Assembly: GCA_050015395.1 (NCBI GenBank) | Contig: JBEKBM010000001.1 | Location: 1 to 64,000, forward strand | Source of the DNA: Candidatus Bathyarchaeia archaeon | GTDB lineage: Archaea > Thermoproteota > Bathyarchaeia > Bathyarchaeales > Bathycorpusculaceae | Reading direction: 5' to 3' | Length of the DNA: 64,000 nucleotides | Shown: piece by piece, positions 9,761-19,621 of the stretch | Numbering within the stretch: the stretch's first letter is position 1 | How the letters are laid out: each line of letters starts with the position of its first letter | Position numbers and translations under genes: made by a program | Notes under the pieces: model-generated | What the model was told of the DNA's origin: nothing | Databases searched by the model: none | What the model saw: only the letters and a program-made list of their open reading frames with translations

Positions 9761-10459
9761 TTATAAGTGAATTATTGCATTTATCAATTCGGCAATTCCA
9801 AGCACTATTAGTATTCCTGCCCCTCCTATTGAAATCCATTTCCGCAATAAGGGTGCCTTGTTAAGAAGCCAACCAGTAGCTCCTCCCAGCAGTAGCATCG
9901 GAGACAAGGCGGTTCCTAAACCAAACAAGACAGCTAAACCCACACTGCCAATTGGAGTTGAGAAAGGCAACGAATAAATTAAGAGCGCCACCAACGGTGG
10001 ACATAGGATTAATCCTCTGCTTAAACCAAGCGAAAAAGCGCTAAAATCAAACCCAAACCTGCCTGTCTTTCCCTGCGCAACCGAGGTTTTGCTATTTGGT
10101 AGATTGCACTCGCATGGTGACCTTAACTTTAGAAGAATGCTAGCGCCAATAATCATAGTCACAATGCTGAAGGTAATTGAAGAATAAATTTGAAACGGCG
10201 AAATTGCGGTATTAGACACAGCCAACCTGAACAAACCGCTAAATAAACCGACTAAACATCCAATTAAGGCGTAAGCTGCTATCCGTCCAGAATTAAAAAT
10301 TAACGTTACAACAATGCCTTTGCGGAAACCAGCACCGATGCCTGCAATGTAACTTGCGATGTAAGGTACACACGCTGCGGTGCAAACAGCTAATCCATAT
10401 AATAATCCGCCAGCAAACGCTCCAAGATACGGATTAGAGATTTCGGGTATTAACGACAT
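9761..10459 (-). CDS. DsbD_2/TauE-like membrane protein (cytochrome c biogenesis-like TM domain)
   Basis: GLAVCTAACVP, FNSGRIAAY, GLILCPP, FGLGT motifs; about 6 TM helices. Confidence 0.8.
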   Translation of the reverse strand: MSLIPEISNPYLGAFAGGLLYGLAVCTAACVPYIASYIAGIGAGFRKGIVVTLIFNSGRIAAYALIGCLVGLFSGLFRLAVSNTAISPFQIYSSITFSIVTMIIGASILLKLRSPCECNLPNSKTSVAQGKTGRFGFDFSAFSLGLSRGLILCPPLVALLIYSLPFSTPIGSVGLAVLFGLGTALSPMLLLGGATGWLLNKAPLLRKWISIGGAGILIVLGIAELINAIIHL

Positions 10460-10549
10460 ACAAGAGTTCTCACATAATATTAAGATTTAAATGAACCGTT
10501 TTTCAATCGATAAAATGATACTTAGATCCTTTCAATTGATAATTAGATC

Positions 10550-10587
10550 TTACTGAGTACATCCTAACCTTAGAATGTACTCGGTAA
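10550..10587. repeat. 38-bp near-perfect palindrome
   Basis: TTACTGAGTACATCCTAA-CC-TTAGAATGTACTCGGTAA, 16/18 arm match. Confidence 0.85.
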
Positions 10588-10678
10588 AACTTTCTTAGGT
10601 CAAAAAACAAAAAGGGTAGGGGTTCTTTATAATGCCAATTTTGAGATTCTTAAGTATCAATAGCCAATGTCTTAACAT

Positions 10679-11388
10679 TTAGACTAATTGTTTCCAGACT
10701 TTTCGGATGAGACACAAAGCAAGTTTATTATACCAAGGCGAAGCGTTATTTTCAAAATCATTTCGGATTTTTTCTCCTATGGCATATGCAATTATAGCTG
10801 TGTTAGGAGCTCTGCAGGAATAACGTTTTTCTTTGTCATTGAATTTGTTGAAATAATTAAGTGCCTCATCAATTGGGATAATTATGGCATTACTTGCATA
10901 AATTGTCCAATAATATATCCTTACGACATTGCCTACCATGAGTATAGACATAATTACGATTCCAGTTATCAAGCTGTAAAAAACGACTTGACTACTTTTA
11001 GGTAAAGCCTCCAGAGTCCTCCAGAGTGGAAAACACCGCTGCCAACCCTAATATTAAACCGACAATGTGGCCTGCATGAGTTTGAACGTAAGAATGATAT
11101 GAATTTAATAGGCATCTTCTTGATTCTTCAAAATCTTTTGCATCGACTTCTGTTTTCGTTGCATACCATTTTGTTGCAATCCAACTTTTTTCTTGTTTTT
11201 CTTTATCTGTTTCCACTTTTGACGAACAAAATGTAGCCGAAGAGAACCGCAATGAAGGCAACGATTAAAGTTAAGATTGAAGCGTCAGTAACTCCTATAT
11301 TCGCGTACAGACCGAAAAATATGGCAACACATACGACAAGAACCAATAAGAAATATACTATTTCAAGTCGGCTCCAATCCAATATCAT
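10679..11388 (-). pseudogene. Fragmented AT-rich membrane protein gene (three pieces)
   Basis: Three consecutive hydrophobic ORF pieces (11203..11388, 10998..11261, 10679..10972) that read as one protein across frameshifts. Confidence 0.5.
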
Positions 11389-11496
11389 TCACCTTTTTCC
11401 CTTTAGGCTATTCTACGCTATGCAGATTTAAGATTTATCATCCATGAAAACTTGGCTAAACATTCTTCGCTTTTTTCAATTCTTAAGCTAAAGAGG

Positions 11497-11835
11497 CTAA
11501 GACTTTTCCTTCAAGGTTTCTTCAATCTCTTCTCTTAATTTGGCATCTTCAATCTCCGGCAAAAGCTCTAGAAGACGACCCCTTGTGCTCGTTTCACCTT
11601 TGCCGCCGAGATTAACCCAGTACTTGTCTTTCTTCAGCCAAACCAGCAATACACGAGCTTCAGCGTCCACATGTTCAGCTTTAACGGCTGACGGAAAAAC
11701 AAGCCCAAACTCGACAGCGCCCGCCATGAACTTCTCAAAAGCACCGGTCACAGTGTAACCGTTTTTTGCGGCTAACTCCTTAAAAGCATTGTAAAGTTGA
11801 GGATTAAGCCTGAAACCCTTTCTACTTTTAGGCAT
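11497..11835 (-). CDS. Small putative ribbon-helix-helix DNA-binding protein
   Basis: MPKSRKGFRLNPQLYNAFKELAAKNGYTVTGAFEKFM has an RHH pattern; GGAGTGG RBS; TATA and direct repeats upstream. Confidence 0.55.
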   Translation of the reverse strand: MPKSRKGFRLNPQLYNAFKELAAKNGYTVTGAFEKFMAGAVEFGLVFPSAVKAEHVDAEARVLLVWLKKDKYWVNLGGKGETSTRGRLLELLPEIEDAKLREEIEETLKEKS

Positions 11836-11844
11836 AACCACTCC

Positions 11845-11913
11845 CTGTACCGTCAAAATGTACCGTCAAACCGTATATAACTCTACCTACCAGGTAGGCT
11901 AGTAGAGCACACA
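11845..11913 (-). repeat. Dispersed ~69-bp promoter-like repeat, copy A
   Basis: Reverse complement of 61790..61858. Contains the CCTACC(A/T)GGTAGG palindrome, GTTATATAC and TTTGACGGTACA twice. Confidence 0.85.
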
Positions 11914-12050
11914 ACAAAGTATCAACGCCAAATTAAACAATGAAAACTTTAGAACAAGATTATTCCAACCCCGCTCACGAATACACGGCACAAGGGGATT
12001 ACTTTTAAATATTCGTGCGGTATGGTTTAGGTGCAGTTTAAGGTGTAAAG

Positions 12051-12491
12051 ATGCCAAAGCAGGAAAAAGGAAAATCCCATTCAATACGCCCAGTCAGCCG
12101 AAGGCCTCCAAGCTGGTGCAAGTATCAGCCTGAAGAAGTAGAATCATTCATAATAAAATTAGCCAAGGAAGGCCACTCACTCAGCAGCATAGGCACTATC
12201 CTTAGGGATCAATACGCGATTCCTCTTGTGAAACCTATAGTTGGCAAAAGCATAAGCGACGTTCTCCAAGGCGCAGGATTAGCCCCATCGTTGCCAGAAG
12301 ACCTGTCAAACCTTATGAAGAAGGCGCAGAGCCTTGCGGTTCACATGGATAAAAACAAGAAGGACCTGCACAACAAACGCAGCATGCAAATTATCGAAGC
12401 AAGAATCCACAAGCTTTCAAGATACTATAAGCGTGAAGGCGTTTTGGCAAAGAACTGGAAGTACGAAGCTAAAATCGCTTCCGTAACCTAA
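12051..12491 (+). CDS. rps15: 30S ribosomal protein S15 (uS15, archaeal S15P/S13e)
   Basis: GKSHSIRP..PPSW, IGTILRDQYAIP, PEDL, KDLHNKR, IHKLSRYYK. Confidence 0.97.
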   Translation: MPKQEKGKSHSIRPVSRRPPSWCKYQPEEVESFIIKLAKEGHSLSSIGTILRDQYAIPLVKPIVGKSISDVLQGAGLAPSLPEDLSNLMKKAQSLAVHMDKNKKDLHNKRSMQIIEARIHKLSRYYKREGVLAKNWKYEAKIASVT

Positions 12492-12586
12492 ACACTTCTT
12501 TCCTTTAATTTTACCGTTTGCTATTTGTTTTTGATGCGCCAGCTTTAAATCTAATCAGAGCCTTTAAGCCAAAGAGTGACCTAAGC

Positions 12587-14053
12587 ATGGCTGCACAGCA
12601 AACATCCATTGAACGCTTTCTAGCAGCAGCAGAAGAAGCATCAAAAGTAATTCTGGAAACGGTCCAAAAAGACGGCTTCATCCATGCTTTTTCACATTTG
12701 GATGCTGACGGGGTTGCAGCTGCAGGCGTGATTGGAAAAACGCTTTATCGGCTTGATGCCAAGTTTCGGATAAGAGTTACTCAATGGGTTGACGAGAAAA
12801 TCATCGGTGAAATCGTTGCTGATAAGCCGCAGCTGGTGATTTTGACGGATTTTGGAAGCGGCTACCTTGACCTGTTAAACGAGAAAATTCCAAACGTTAA
12901 AGTTCTAATTCTTGACCATCACCAGATAACGGGCACTTTGGCGAATGAGAATTTTGTTCAGGTGAACCCTCACATGTTCGGCATCGACGGGGCAACGGAT
13001 GTTAGCGGTTCAGGCGTAGCTTACTTTGTAGCTAAAGCAGTAAACCCATCGAACGTGGATTTGGCGCCTGTCGCGTTGGTTGGCGCTCTAGGCGACATGC
13101 AGGACAAGTATGAACAGAGAAGCCTATGCTGCCTAAACGAGATAATAGTTAACGATGCAGTGGCTGCAGGCTTGCTAAAAGTTGAGAAGGACTTAACGTT
13201 CTTCGGCAGAGAAACCCGACCAATCCATAGGACATTGGCTACTACGACTAACCCGTTTATTCCAGGCTTAAGCGGAGAAGAAGACAAAGCCTTAGCCTTC
13301 CTTGCAAGCCTAGACATCCCCATCAAACAAGGCGAAAAATGGCGGGCACTCCGCGACCTAACCGAAGACGAAAAAAGACGGCTGTGCTCGGCTTTAGCAG
13401 ACCACTTATTGTCTAAAGGGTTACATTTGGAAGTTGAGAACCTCATTGGGTACATTTACGTTTTAACCAAAGAAGAACCAAACACAGCGCTGCGGGATGC
13501 AAGAGAATTTGCTGTTGTATTGAACTCGACGGGTCGCATGGACAGGCCAAGCCTCGGCATCGCCATCTGCATGGGAGACCGTGGAGCAGCACTTGAGGAA
13601 TCTAGCAGGATACTGGAAGATTACCGTAAGAACATAAACAAGTATCTGGGCTGGGTAATGGAGAAACCTGAACGGATGCGAGAACTCCAAAACATCTACG
13701 TCATCTACGGCGAGAACTTTATCAACGAAAAAATCATCGGCACCGTCTCCTCAATAATCGTCTCAGGACTCGCGAACCCAGAAAAACCGCTCATAGCATT
13801 CGCGAACGTTGAAAAAGAAAAAGCAGCTAAATTTTCGGCAAGAACAACCGAAGCAGCAATCCGCAAAGGCGTAAACTTAGGCAACGTTATGCGGTTAGCT
13901 TCCGAAGCGCACGGCGGCAAAGGCGGAGGACACAACATAGCGGCAGGCGCACAGGTGCCATTGGACAAGATTGAAGAGTTTGTTAAAACCGTGGATGAGT
14001 TGGTCGGCAAACAGTTGAGGGGCGAAAAGGTTGGAAGCGACAGTAACGCTTGA
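12587..14053 (+). CDS. RecJ-like DHH phosphoesterase (GAN/Cdc45-like)
   Basis: HLDADG, DFGSG, LDHH, GALGD, GGGHNIAAGA; conserved position after rps15. Confidence 0.92.
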   Translation: MAAQQTSIERFLAAAEEASKVILETVQKDGFIHAFSHLDADGVAAAGVIGKTLYRLDAKFRIRVTQWVDEKIIGEIVADKPQLVILTDFGSGYLDLLNEKIPNVKVLILDHHQITGTLANENFVQVNPHMFGIDGATDVSGSGVAYFVAKAVNPSNVDLAPVALVGALGDMQDKYEQRSLCCLNEIIVNDAVAAGLLKVEKDLTFFGRETRPIHRTLATTTNPFIPGLSGEEDKALAFLASLDIPIKQGEKWRALRDLTEDEKRRLCSALADHLLSKGLHLEVENLIGYIYVLTKEEPNTALRDAREFAVVLNSTGRMDRPSLGIAICMGDRGAALEESSRILEDYRKNINKYLGWVMEKPERMRELQNIYVIYGENFINEKIIGTVSSIIVSGLANPEKPLIAFANVEKEKAAKFSARTTEAAIRKGVNLGNVMRLASEAHGGKGGGHNIAAGAQVPLDKIEEFVKTVDELVGKQLRGEKVGSDSNA

Positions 14054-14303
14054 GTACGCTGACGCAAAGACTGCGGAGGCAGTTGCCAACGCGGTTTCTC
14101 CAGACAACTTCAAAACGCCAATCGGACTCCAAGTTAAAACAGTGAGGGAACAAAGGAAAGTGGTAACCCAGATTCAATGTGAATGTAAACTCGCCACTTT
14201 CACCGCCACCATTGACGACCTACTATTCAGCGCATCAACCGCGGAAAAAACACTTAAAACCATCAACAAAATTCAGAAAACATTTAGCAATCAACCGCAT
14301 TAA
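14031..14303 (+). CDS. pcc1: KEOPS complex Pcc1-like subunit
   Basis: AVSPDN and TIDDLL motifs; rps15-recJ-pcc1 synteny. Confidence 0.85.
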   Translation: MEATVTLEYADAKTAEAVANAVSPDNFKTPIGLQVKTVREQRKVVTQIQCECKLATFTATIDDLLFSASTAEKTLKTINKIQKTFSNQPH

Positions 14304-14526
14304 TGCCTAGCTATATTTAGCTCCTCGTTCTTCCTGCTCAGGCTTATTCGTATTTCACAAGTTCATAACATCAGCCCTCCCTCCCTACTATTAACTTAAA
14401 CCCCTTCAATGTAAATAGCACTATGTTCTAACAGCGCACGTTTTATTCTGCTTCTTAACTTAAGCTCTAAATACACCGTGGTTTACTGTAAAGTAAATAA
14501 ATAAGCGAACACAACATTAATGAAAC

Positions 14527-16353
14527 TTGGACTTGGTGAATTCAGTGAAACGAACCCATGCAGTATTCATGATTGCGGTTTCCTTGTTACTAGTTTTCCT
14601 ACCGATTGTTTTACCTTCCGGAGGGGTTTTTGCTCAAACCACTGGTTACAGCATCACCCAGGTTGATCATCAAGTTACCGTGATGTATTCTGGACAAGTA
14701 GTTATTCAAGATACAATTCTTGTTTCTGGGCAAGTAACTGATGGCTTTTTGATTGGGATGCCCTTTACGTACAGCACAGACATCCTCAAAGCTGTAGCTT
14801 ACGACTCAAATAACGTCTACCCAGTAAACTTAGGAGTCCCATTAGGTAACCAAAGCGGATTTTACGGCGCAGAAGTAAATTTCAACGGCACATCACCAAG
14901 CGTTTTCACAGTAGCATTTGTTCTATCCAATAGTCTCATTACCCAACTAGACGCCAACGATTACACGCTTGATTTTCCAGCTTACCCAAGCCTCACACAA
15001 AATGTCGCTAACTGCAACGTAACCATAACTCTTCCAAGCACGCCCGCAAGCATAACCATCACCAAAAGCGACGGAGTAGTAAACTCAGAAAACTATGCCG
15101 TCCAAAACTTGCCAGCATACACTTATTCGCCTGCGTCGGCAGCTATTCAAATATATAACGGAACCATGCAGTTAACCGATATAAGCCAGCTAAACCGCCA
15201 AATAACAATTGACCCAACTGGTAAAGTAACCGCTTCAGATAGTTACAACATCATAAACAACTCGACATTAACAATGCCGGCTTTTATTTTGGATTTACCC
15301 GACACTGCCTCGAACATTGTAGTAAAGGATGAAACTGGGACAGCATTAACAACCAGCATTAGCTCCACAAGCACAGGCATTTTGCTGGCCAATGCCACTT
15401 TGATGACAGCAATAGCAAGTGGTCAATCCACCATTATCACAGCTAGCTACAATTTACCAAGCGTAACCATCCAAGGCTCCCAATACACCCTAAGTAACTT
15501 CAAACTTTTCCCAGATTTCAATTATTACGTTGACCATGCAACCTTCACTTTTAACCTGCCTGAAGGAGCAACGATTATAACGCCGCAGTTATCATCCCTT
15601 AATCCCTCCAGTTCTTTAACAAGGGATACCTTCCAAGACACTCTTACAATAACGAGAGACGGCATAAGCTACGTTGATTACAGCCTTCCAGAAAGCAACA
15701 CTGTGCAATTATCGTACAATTACAATCCAGTTTGGGTCTCTTTTAGACCAACTTTGTGGGTTTCACTCGCAGCAGTGATTGGATGTGTAGGTGCTGTGGT
15801 CTATAAGAAACGCAAACCAAGCGAAAAAGAACCAATTAAAACTAGAAGAGAAAAGTTATCAACTCCAAAACCGACCACAGCAACACTGCCCGAACAAGTA
15901 AAAAGTAGTGAGCCTATGACTAGTCAACGTATTACTCCAGAAAACCTCAGGGAATTTACTGAGGCTTATGACGACAAGAAACGGTTAAATGCAGAAATAA
16001 GATCGTTGGATACAAGAGCGCAAAAAGGAAAGATGCCCAGACGCCAATACAAAGTTCAACGCAGAGCCATAGAGATCCGTTTAGAAACACTTACAAGAAA
16101 TACAAGCAGATTAAAAGATGCATTCCGAAGCTCAGGCAGTGCTTACGCAGATTTAATTAAACAACTTGATTCTGCTGAAGCAGACTTAACCGAGGCTGAG
16201 AATAACATCAAAAACCTTGAATCCCAACAAAATAAAGGCGAAATTTCAATAGAAACTTACAAGAAAAACATTGCAGACTACCAGAAACGCAAAGACAAAA
16301 CGGAATCAACAATAAACGGAATACTGCTAAGACTACGTGAAAAAGCGCACTAA
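14527..16353 (+). CDS. Ribophorin-I-like membrane glycoprotein with cytoplasmic coiled coil
   Basis: Signal peptide, two beta-rich repeats (VDHQVTV..G; LNRQITI..G), FNLPEGA, YNYNP before a TM helix, helical K/E-rich tail. Confidence 0.6.
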   Translation: MDLVNSVKRTHAVFMIAVSLLLVFLPIVLPSGGVFAQTTGYSITQVDHQVTVMYSGQVVIQDTILVSGQVTDGFLIGMPFTYSTDILKAVAYDSNNVYPVNLGVPLGNQSGFYGAEVNFNGTSPSVFTVAFVLSNSLITQLDANDYTLDFPAYPSLTQNVANCNVTITLPSTPASITITKSDGVVNSENYAVQNLPAYTYSPASAAIQIYNGTMQLTDISQLNRQITIDPTGKVTASDSYNIINNSTLTMPAFILDLPDTASNIVVKDETGTALTTSISSTSTGILLANATLMTAIASGQSTIITASYNLPSVTIQGSQYTLSNFKLFPDFNYYVDHATFTFNLPEGATIITPQLSSLNPSSSLTRDTFQDTLTITRDGISYVDYSLPESNTVQLSYNYNPVWVSFRPTLWVSLAAVIGCVGAVVYKKRKPSEKEPIKTRREKLSTPKPTTATLPEQVKSSEPMTSQRITPENLREFTEAYDDKKRLNAEIRSLDTRAQKGKMPRRQYKVQRRAIEIRLETLTRNTSRLKDAFRSSGSAYADLIKQLDSAEADLTEAENNIKNLESQQNKGEISIETYKKNIADYQKRKDKTESTINGILLRLREKAH

Positions 16354-16416
16354 AAAACCTAAACCCTTTTATTTTACACCATAGCTTCTCAAATAAAATT
16401 GCAGAGGTAAACAAAT

Positions 16417-16596
16417 ATGGTAAAAATAGTTGTTGATCCCAAATGCACCGGATGCGAAACATGCGTAAACACTTGCCCTGTAGGCGTTTATGAAATCAAA
16501 GACGGCAAATCTACACCAACCAAAGTAAGCGAGTGCTTAGTCTGCAGAGCATGTGAAGCCCAATGTCCTGAAGGTGCAATTCAGGTAATCGAGTAA
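16417..16596 (+). CDS. 2[4Fe-4S] ferredoxin (59 aa, absent from ORF track)
   Basis: MVKIVVDPKCTGCETCVNTCPVGVYEIKDGKSTPTKVSECLVCRACEAQCPEGAIQVIE; GAGGT RBS. Confidence 0.92.
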   Translation: MVKIVVDPKCTGCETCVNTCPVGVYEIKDGKSTPTKVSECLVCRACEAQCPEGAIQVIE

Positions 16597-16622
16597 ATTT
16601 AAGCTTATTGAATTGCGCGTGT

Positions 16623-16647
16623 ATCTCTCAATCGATAGCTGAGAGAT
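16623..16647. terminator. Stem-loop between convergent genes
   Basis: ATCTCTCA-N9-TGAGAGAT followed by a T-rich tract. Confidence 0.4.
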
Positions 16648-16780
16648 TATTCCCTTCTTTATTAACTAACTATTTTCTTCTCATGTCAATTGCTGTTGTG
16701 AACCTCGATCTTGTTTGCGTTACTACGGCAAAAAACGCAGTATCAAGTCATAAAATTTTAATTAGGTAAACTCTTGCTGT

Positions 16781-17620
16781 TCAATCCTTGGCCGATTTGA
16801 ATATTCTTTGTACATTAACTATTTTTTCGCCTAACACCTGTGCTTCCATGCTGCCTAAGCCTTTTTCGCTGGCTTTACAAATATGCTTTACTTTCCTTGG
16901 CTCAATGCCCATAACATGGCAAGCAGTAGCGTCAGTTGCAACAACGTTAGTTCCAGCAATAATCAGGTTCATTTTAACCGGTGTGCCATCCACTGGACCT
17001 TTACCCTCCATGCCCACAAAACCGTCGATAACCGTTAACGCTGGCTTAATAACCGTGTTAATATCAACTACAACATCGCTTATGCCTTTTGCATGGTACT
17101 TTGCTTTGAATTTATCAGGAAGTAAACCGAACATGTTCTTCATACCTAAAGTCACGGTTGTAGAAGAATGAGTTTTGAGTTTAGCTGCACTTATAATAGC
17201 TGATTCCGTGACTATGCGAGGCACTGTGATATCATTTAATGTCTCGCAGCCTGGAACTTTCAGTTTTACCTTATCCTTAATATGCCTAAGATTTAACCAT
17301 TCAACGTCATTGCGGAGGCACATATCTTTCATGCCTGTAGCCACAAAAGCTTTGTCTGCATTAGTCATGGTGGCGTCTGATTCAACAACGTAAACCTTCA
17401 CAGGCAACTCCTTCAACTTCAAAATAATCGCTTCAACAACGATGGGATCAGTAGTAGCGCCTGACTCCCAAGTTTTCTCACAAATAAAGTTAACTTTAAT
17501 GATAACTTTATCATAACCCACTAAGGCTTTCTTATAATCAATCATATCGAGCGCTTTGAAAACGGGCTCGTGACCTCGCTCACCTTTAACAATAGCCACA
17601 AGTGGCAATGCCGATTGCAT
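16781..17620 (-). CDS. DUF362 Fe-S protein
   Basis: IKVNF, ATTDP, VVES, KLKTH, LGMKNMFG, IDGFVGMEGKGP, VATD. Confidence 0.9.
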   Translation of the reverse strand: MQSALPLVAIVKGERGHEPVFKALDMIDYKKALVGYDKVIIKVNFICEKTWESGATTDPIVVEAIILKLKELPVKVYVVESDATMTNADKAFVATGMKDMCLRNDVEWLNLRHIKDKVKLKVPGCETLNDITVPRIVTESAIISAAKLKTHSSTTVTLGMKNMFGLLPDKFKAKYHAKGISDVVVDINTVIKPALTVIDGFVGMEGKGPVDGTPVKMNLIIAGTNVVATDATACHVMGIEPRKVKHICKASEKGLGSMEAQVLGEKIVNVQRIFKSAKD

Positions 17621-17663
17621 ACAAAATACCAAACGATGACTTAGCTTATAAAGAATTCACGAA

Positions 17664-17894
17664 GTGTATGTATTTAGCTCTCGTTTTTTGTCTTAGGGTA
17701 TTTGTGTGTGCTCAGCCTACCTACCCGGTCTACTAGATGCTTCTAATAGGCTTCAAATATGATTCAACATGGATGTGCATAGAGCGAAGACCGCGCACTT
17801 TGCATGCAGAACGGTGCTTTTCAACATAGAAAAGTCTGTTTTTTAATGTAGAAAAAAAGCGCTAAAGAAGAAAAAACAAGAGCTAAATATACAC
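17664..17894 (+). mobile_element. MITE-like element, copy 1
   Basis: Terminal inverted repeats TATTTAGCTCTCGTTTTTT / AAAAAACAAGAGCTAAATA; flanking direct repeat CACGAA (17658-17663, 17895-17900); homologous copies at ~41295-41470 and ~53134-53359. Confidence 0.8.
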
Positions 17895-18416
17895 CACGAA
17901 GTAATTAGGCGCAAATCTTACTTTACCCAGTCGAAATAGCGTCAACGTGCTAAAAAACGGTCAGATTAAGGTCATAAAGGCTTTAACGGGTGTAATGAGC
18001 GCCTATTTGTTTAGCGTTGCTCCGTTTCTCATGTCAGTTGGGAAGCTTCCTTAATCTTCAATATTTCTTAAAAATCTCATAATTTTTGCAATTTGCTCTA
18101 CCGTAGCATAGTCGACTTTTTGTTCTTGTTCTATATTTTTGAGCGGAATAGCGTTTGCCATATACAAAGTATTGGTTGCTTTTGTAATAACAATTATGTT
18201 GGCAGATACTTCGAACTTCGAAGTAGCGGGAAAGCCGCGGCTGAGCATTTTAACGCTTTTATGTGTTTTTGGGCATGTTGACAAAGCGAAATTGCCTTTT
18301 ATTTCATTTTTTCTTATTTTTTGTTAGCCTGTTGAAGGGATAAGACATTTTCTGATGGAAAATGCTTCGATTTTGCAAGTAAAAGTTATATGCTTAAGAT
18401 GATGTTAACTTTGTTT

Positions 18417-18692
18417 ATGGCAGATAAAATTCACTGCGCGCACATACTTGTCAAGAAAGAAACAGAAGCCAAAAACATTAAAGCTCGGCTTGATAAGGGT
18501 GAAAAGTTCGGCTCCATCGCCAAAAATGTTTCTCTATGTCCATCCGCTAAGAACAGCGGAGACCTTGGCACTTTTACAAGGGGCAAGATGGTTAAGGAGT
18601 TTGAGAAAGCTGCTTTCGCGCTTGAGAAAGGTCAAACTTCTGATCCTGTAAAGACACAGTTTGGGTACCACATAATTAAACGGTTAGAATAA
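18417..18692 (+). CDS. Parvulin-type peptidyl-prolyl isomerase
   Basis: [31 protein letters not shown]. Confidence 0.95.
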   Translation: MADKIHCAHILVKKETEAKNIKARLDKGEKFGSIAKNVSLCPSAKNSGDLGTFTRGKMVKEFEKAAFALEKGQTSDPVKTQFGYHIIKRLE

Positions 18693-18790
18693 CCCATTGC
18701 ACAATAACCTAAGTTCACGCTTAATAGCGCCTCCGTTATACCGCAGACTTAATCCATAACACTGGCTCTAAAAATACAGGCCAACCAATA

Positions 18791-19519
18791 TTGAACAACC
18801 CAAAACTATCCCGAAACGAACAGCTACTAATTCTTGTTTGCATAGTGTTTCTTGCAGGTTTTTTGCTTGTCACACTTTTTAGAGCAAGCTTTCACTCATT
18901 TGACGTTGGAGTTAACGTTTGGATTCCATCGATTCAATCACACTCATTCACTGTTATAGCCGAAGGAATTGCGGTTGTTTTTGATACTACCATTCTAGTG
19001 CTATTTTCTTTGGTGCTTGCGGCTTATCTTTTCATAAAGAACCACAGAGCCGAAGGCTTATTGCTGCTGGGCGCAATGGGTGGAGATGCATTAATCGTTT
19101 CGTTTGTTAAAGGTTTGGTTCAATCTCCCAGGCCTTTGAACGGATTAGTTGTTGATTCTGGGTTTTCTTTTCCAAGCGGTCATACAGCTGGAAGTATAGT
19201 ATTTTGTGGTACCCTTGCTTTTTTTGCTTGGCAGCACTGGAAAAGTACAAGAGCGCGAGCCTCGATTGGCACAGGATTTGTTGCGGTAACGTCTGTGGTG
19301 GGTTTCAGTCGAATATACTTGAACGTTCACTGGTTTAGCGATGTTCTTGGCGCAGTTATGCTCGGGGTTTTCTGGCTGGCTTTTGCCATTTTAGTGTTCC
19401 AGTTCTTGCAGGACAGGGGTAAGTTTCAATCAGAAAGTTTCCGCTCGATTGCTATGTTTCTCTTTGTTGTAGTTATTGCTGTTGGAGTTTTTGTTGTGGT
19501 GGAGAGTTTGTTTGGTTAA
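18791..19519 (+). CDS. PAP2-family membrane phosphatase
   Basis: K...PRP, SFPSGH, SRIYLNVHWFSDV. Confidence 0.93.
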   Translation: MNNPKLSRNEQLLILVCIVFLAGFLLVTLFRASFHSFDVGVNVWIPSIQSHSFTVIAEGIAVVFDTTILVLFSLVLAAYLFIKNHRAEGLLLLGAMGGDALIVSFVKGLVQSPRPLNGLVVDSGFSFPSGHTAGSIVFCGTLAFFAWQHWKSTRARASIGTGFVAVTSVVGFSRIYLNVHWFSDVLGAVMLGVFWLAFAILVFQFLQDRGKFQSESFRSIAMFLFVVVIAVGVFVVVESLFG

Positions 19520-19621
19520 TTATTTTTTTGCTTATGATTGATTAAAAGATATATCTTTTTCAGACACATTTATATGGACAAAAACCCAAATACCCATATC
19601 CCAACATAAAGAGAGAAAGTT

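Noticed and set aside
18051-18327. Three short overlapping ORFs next to MITE copy 1
   Set aside because: No family motif, and the real strand cannot be determined.
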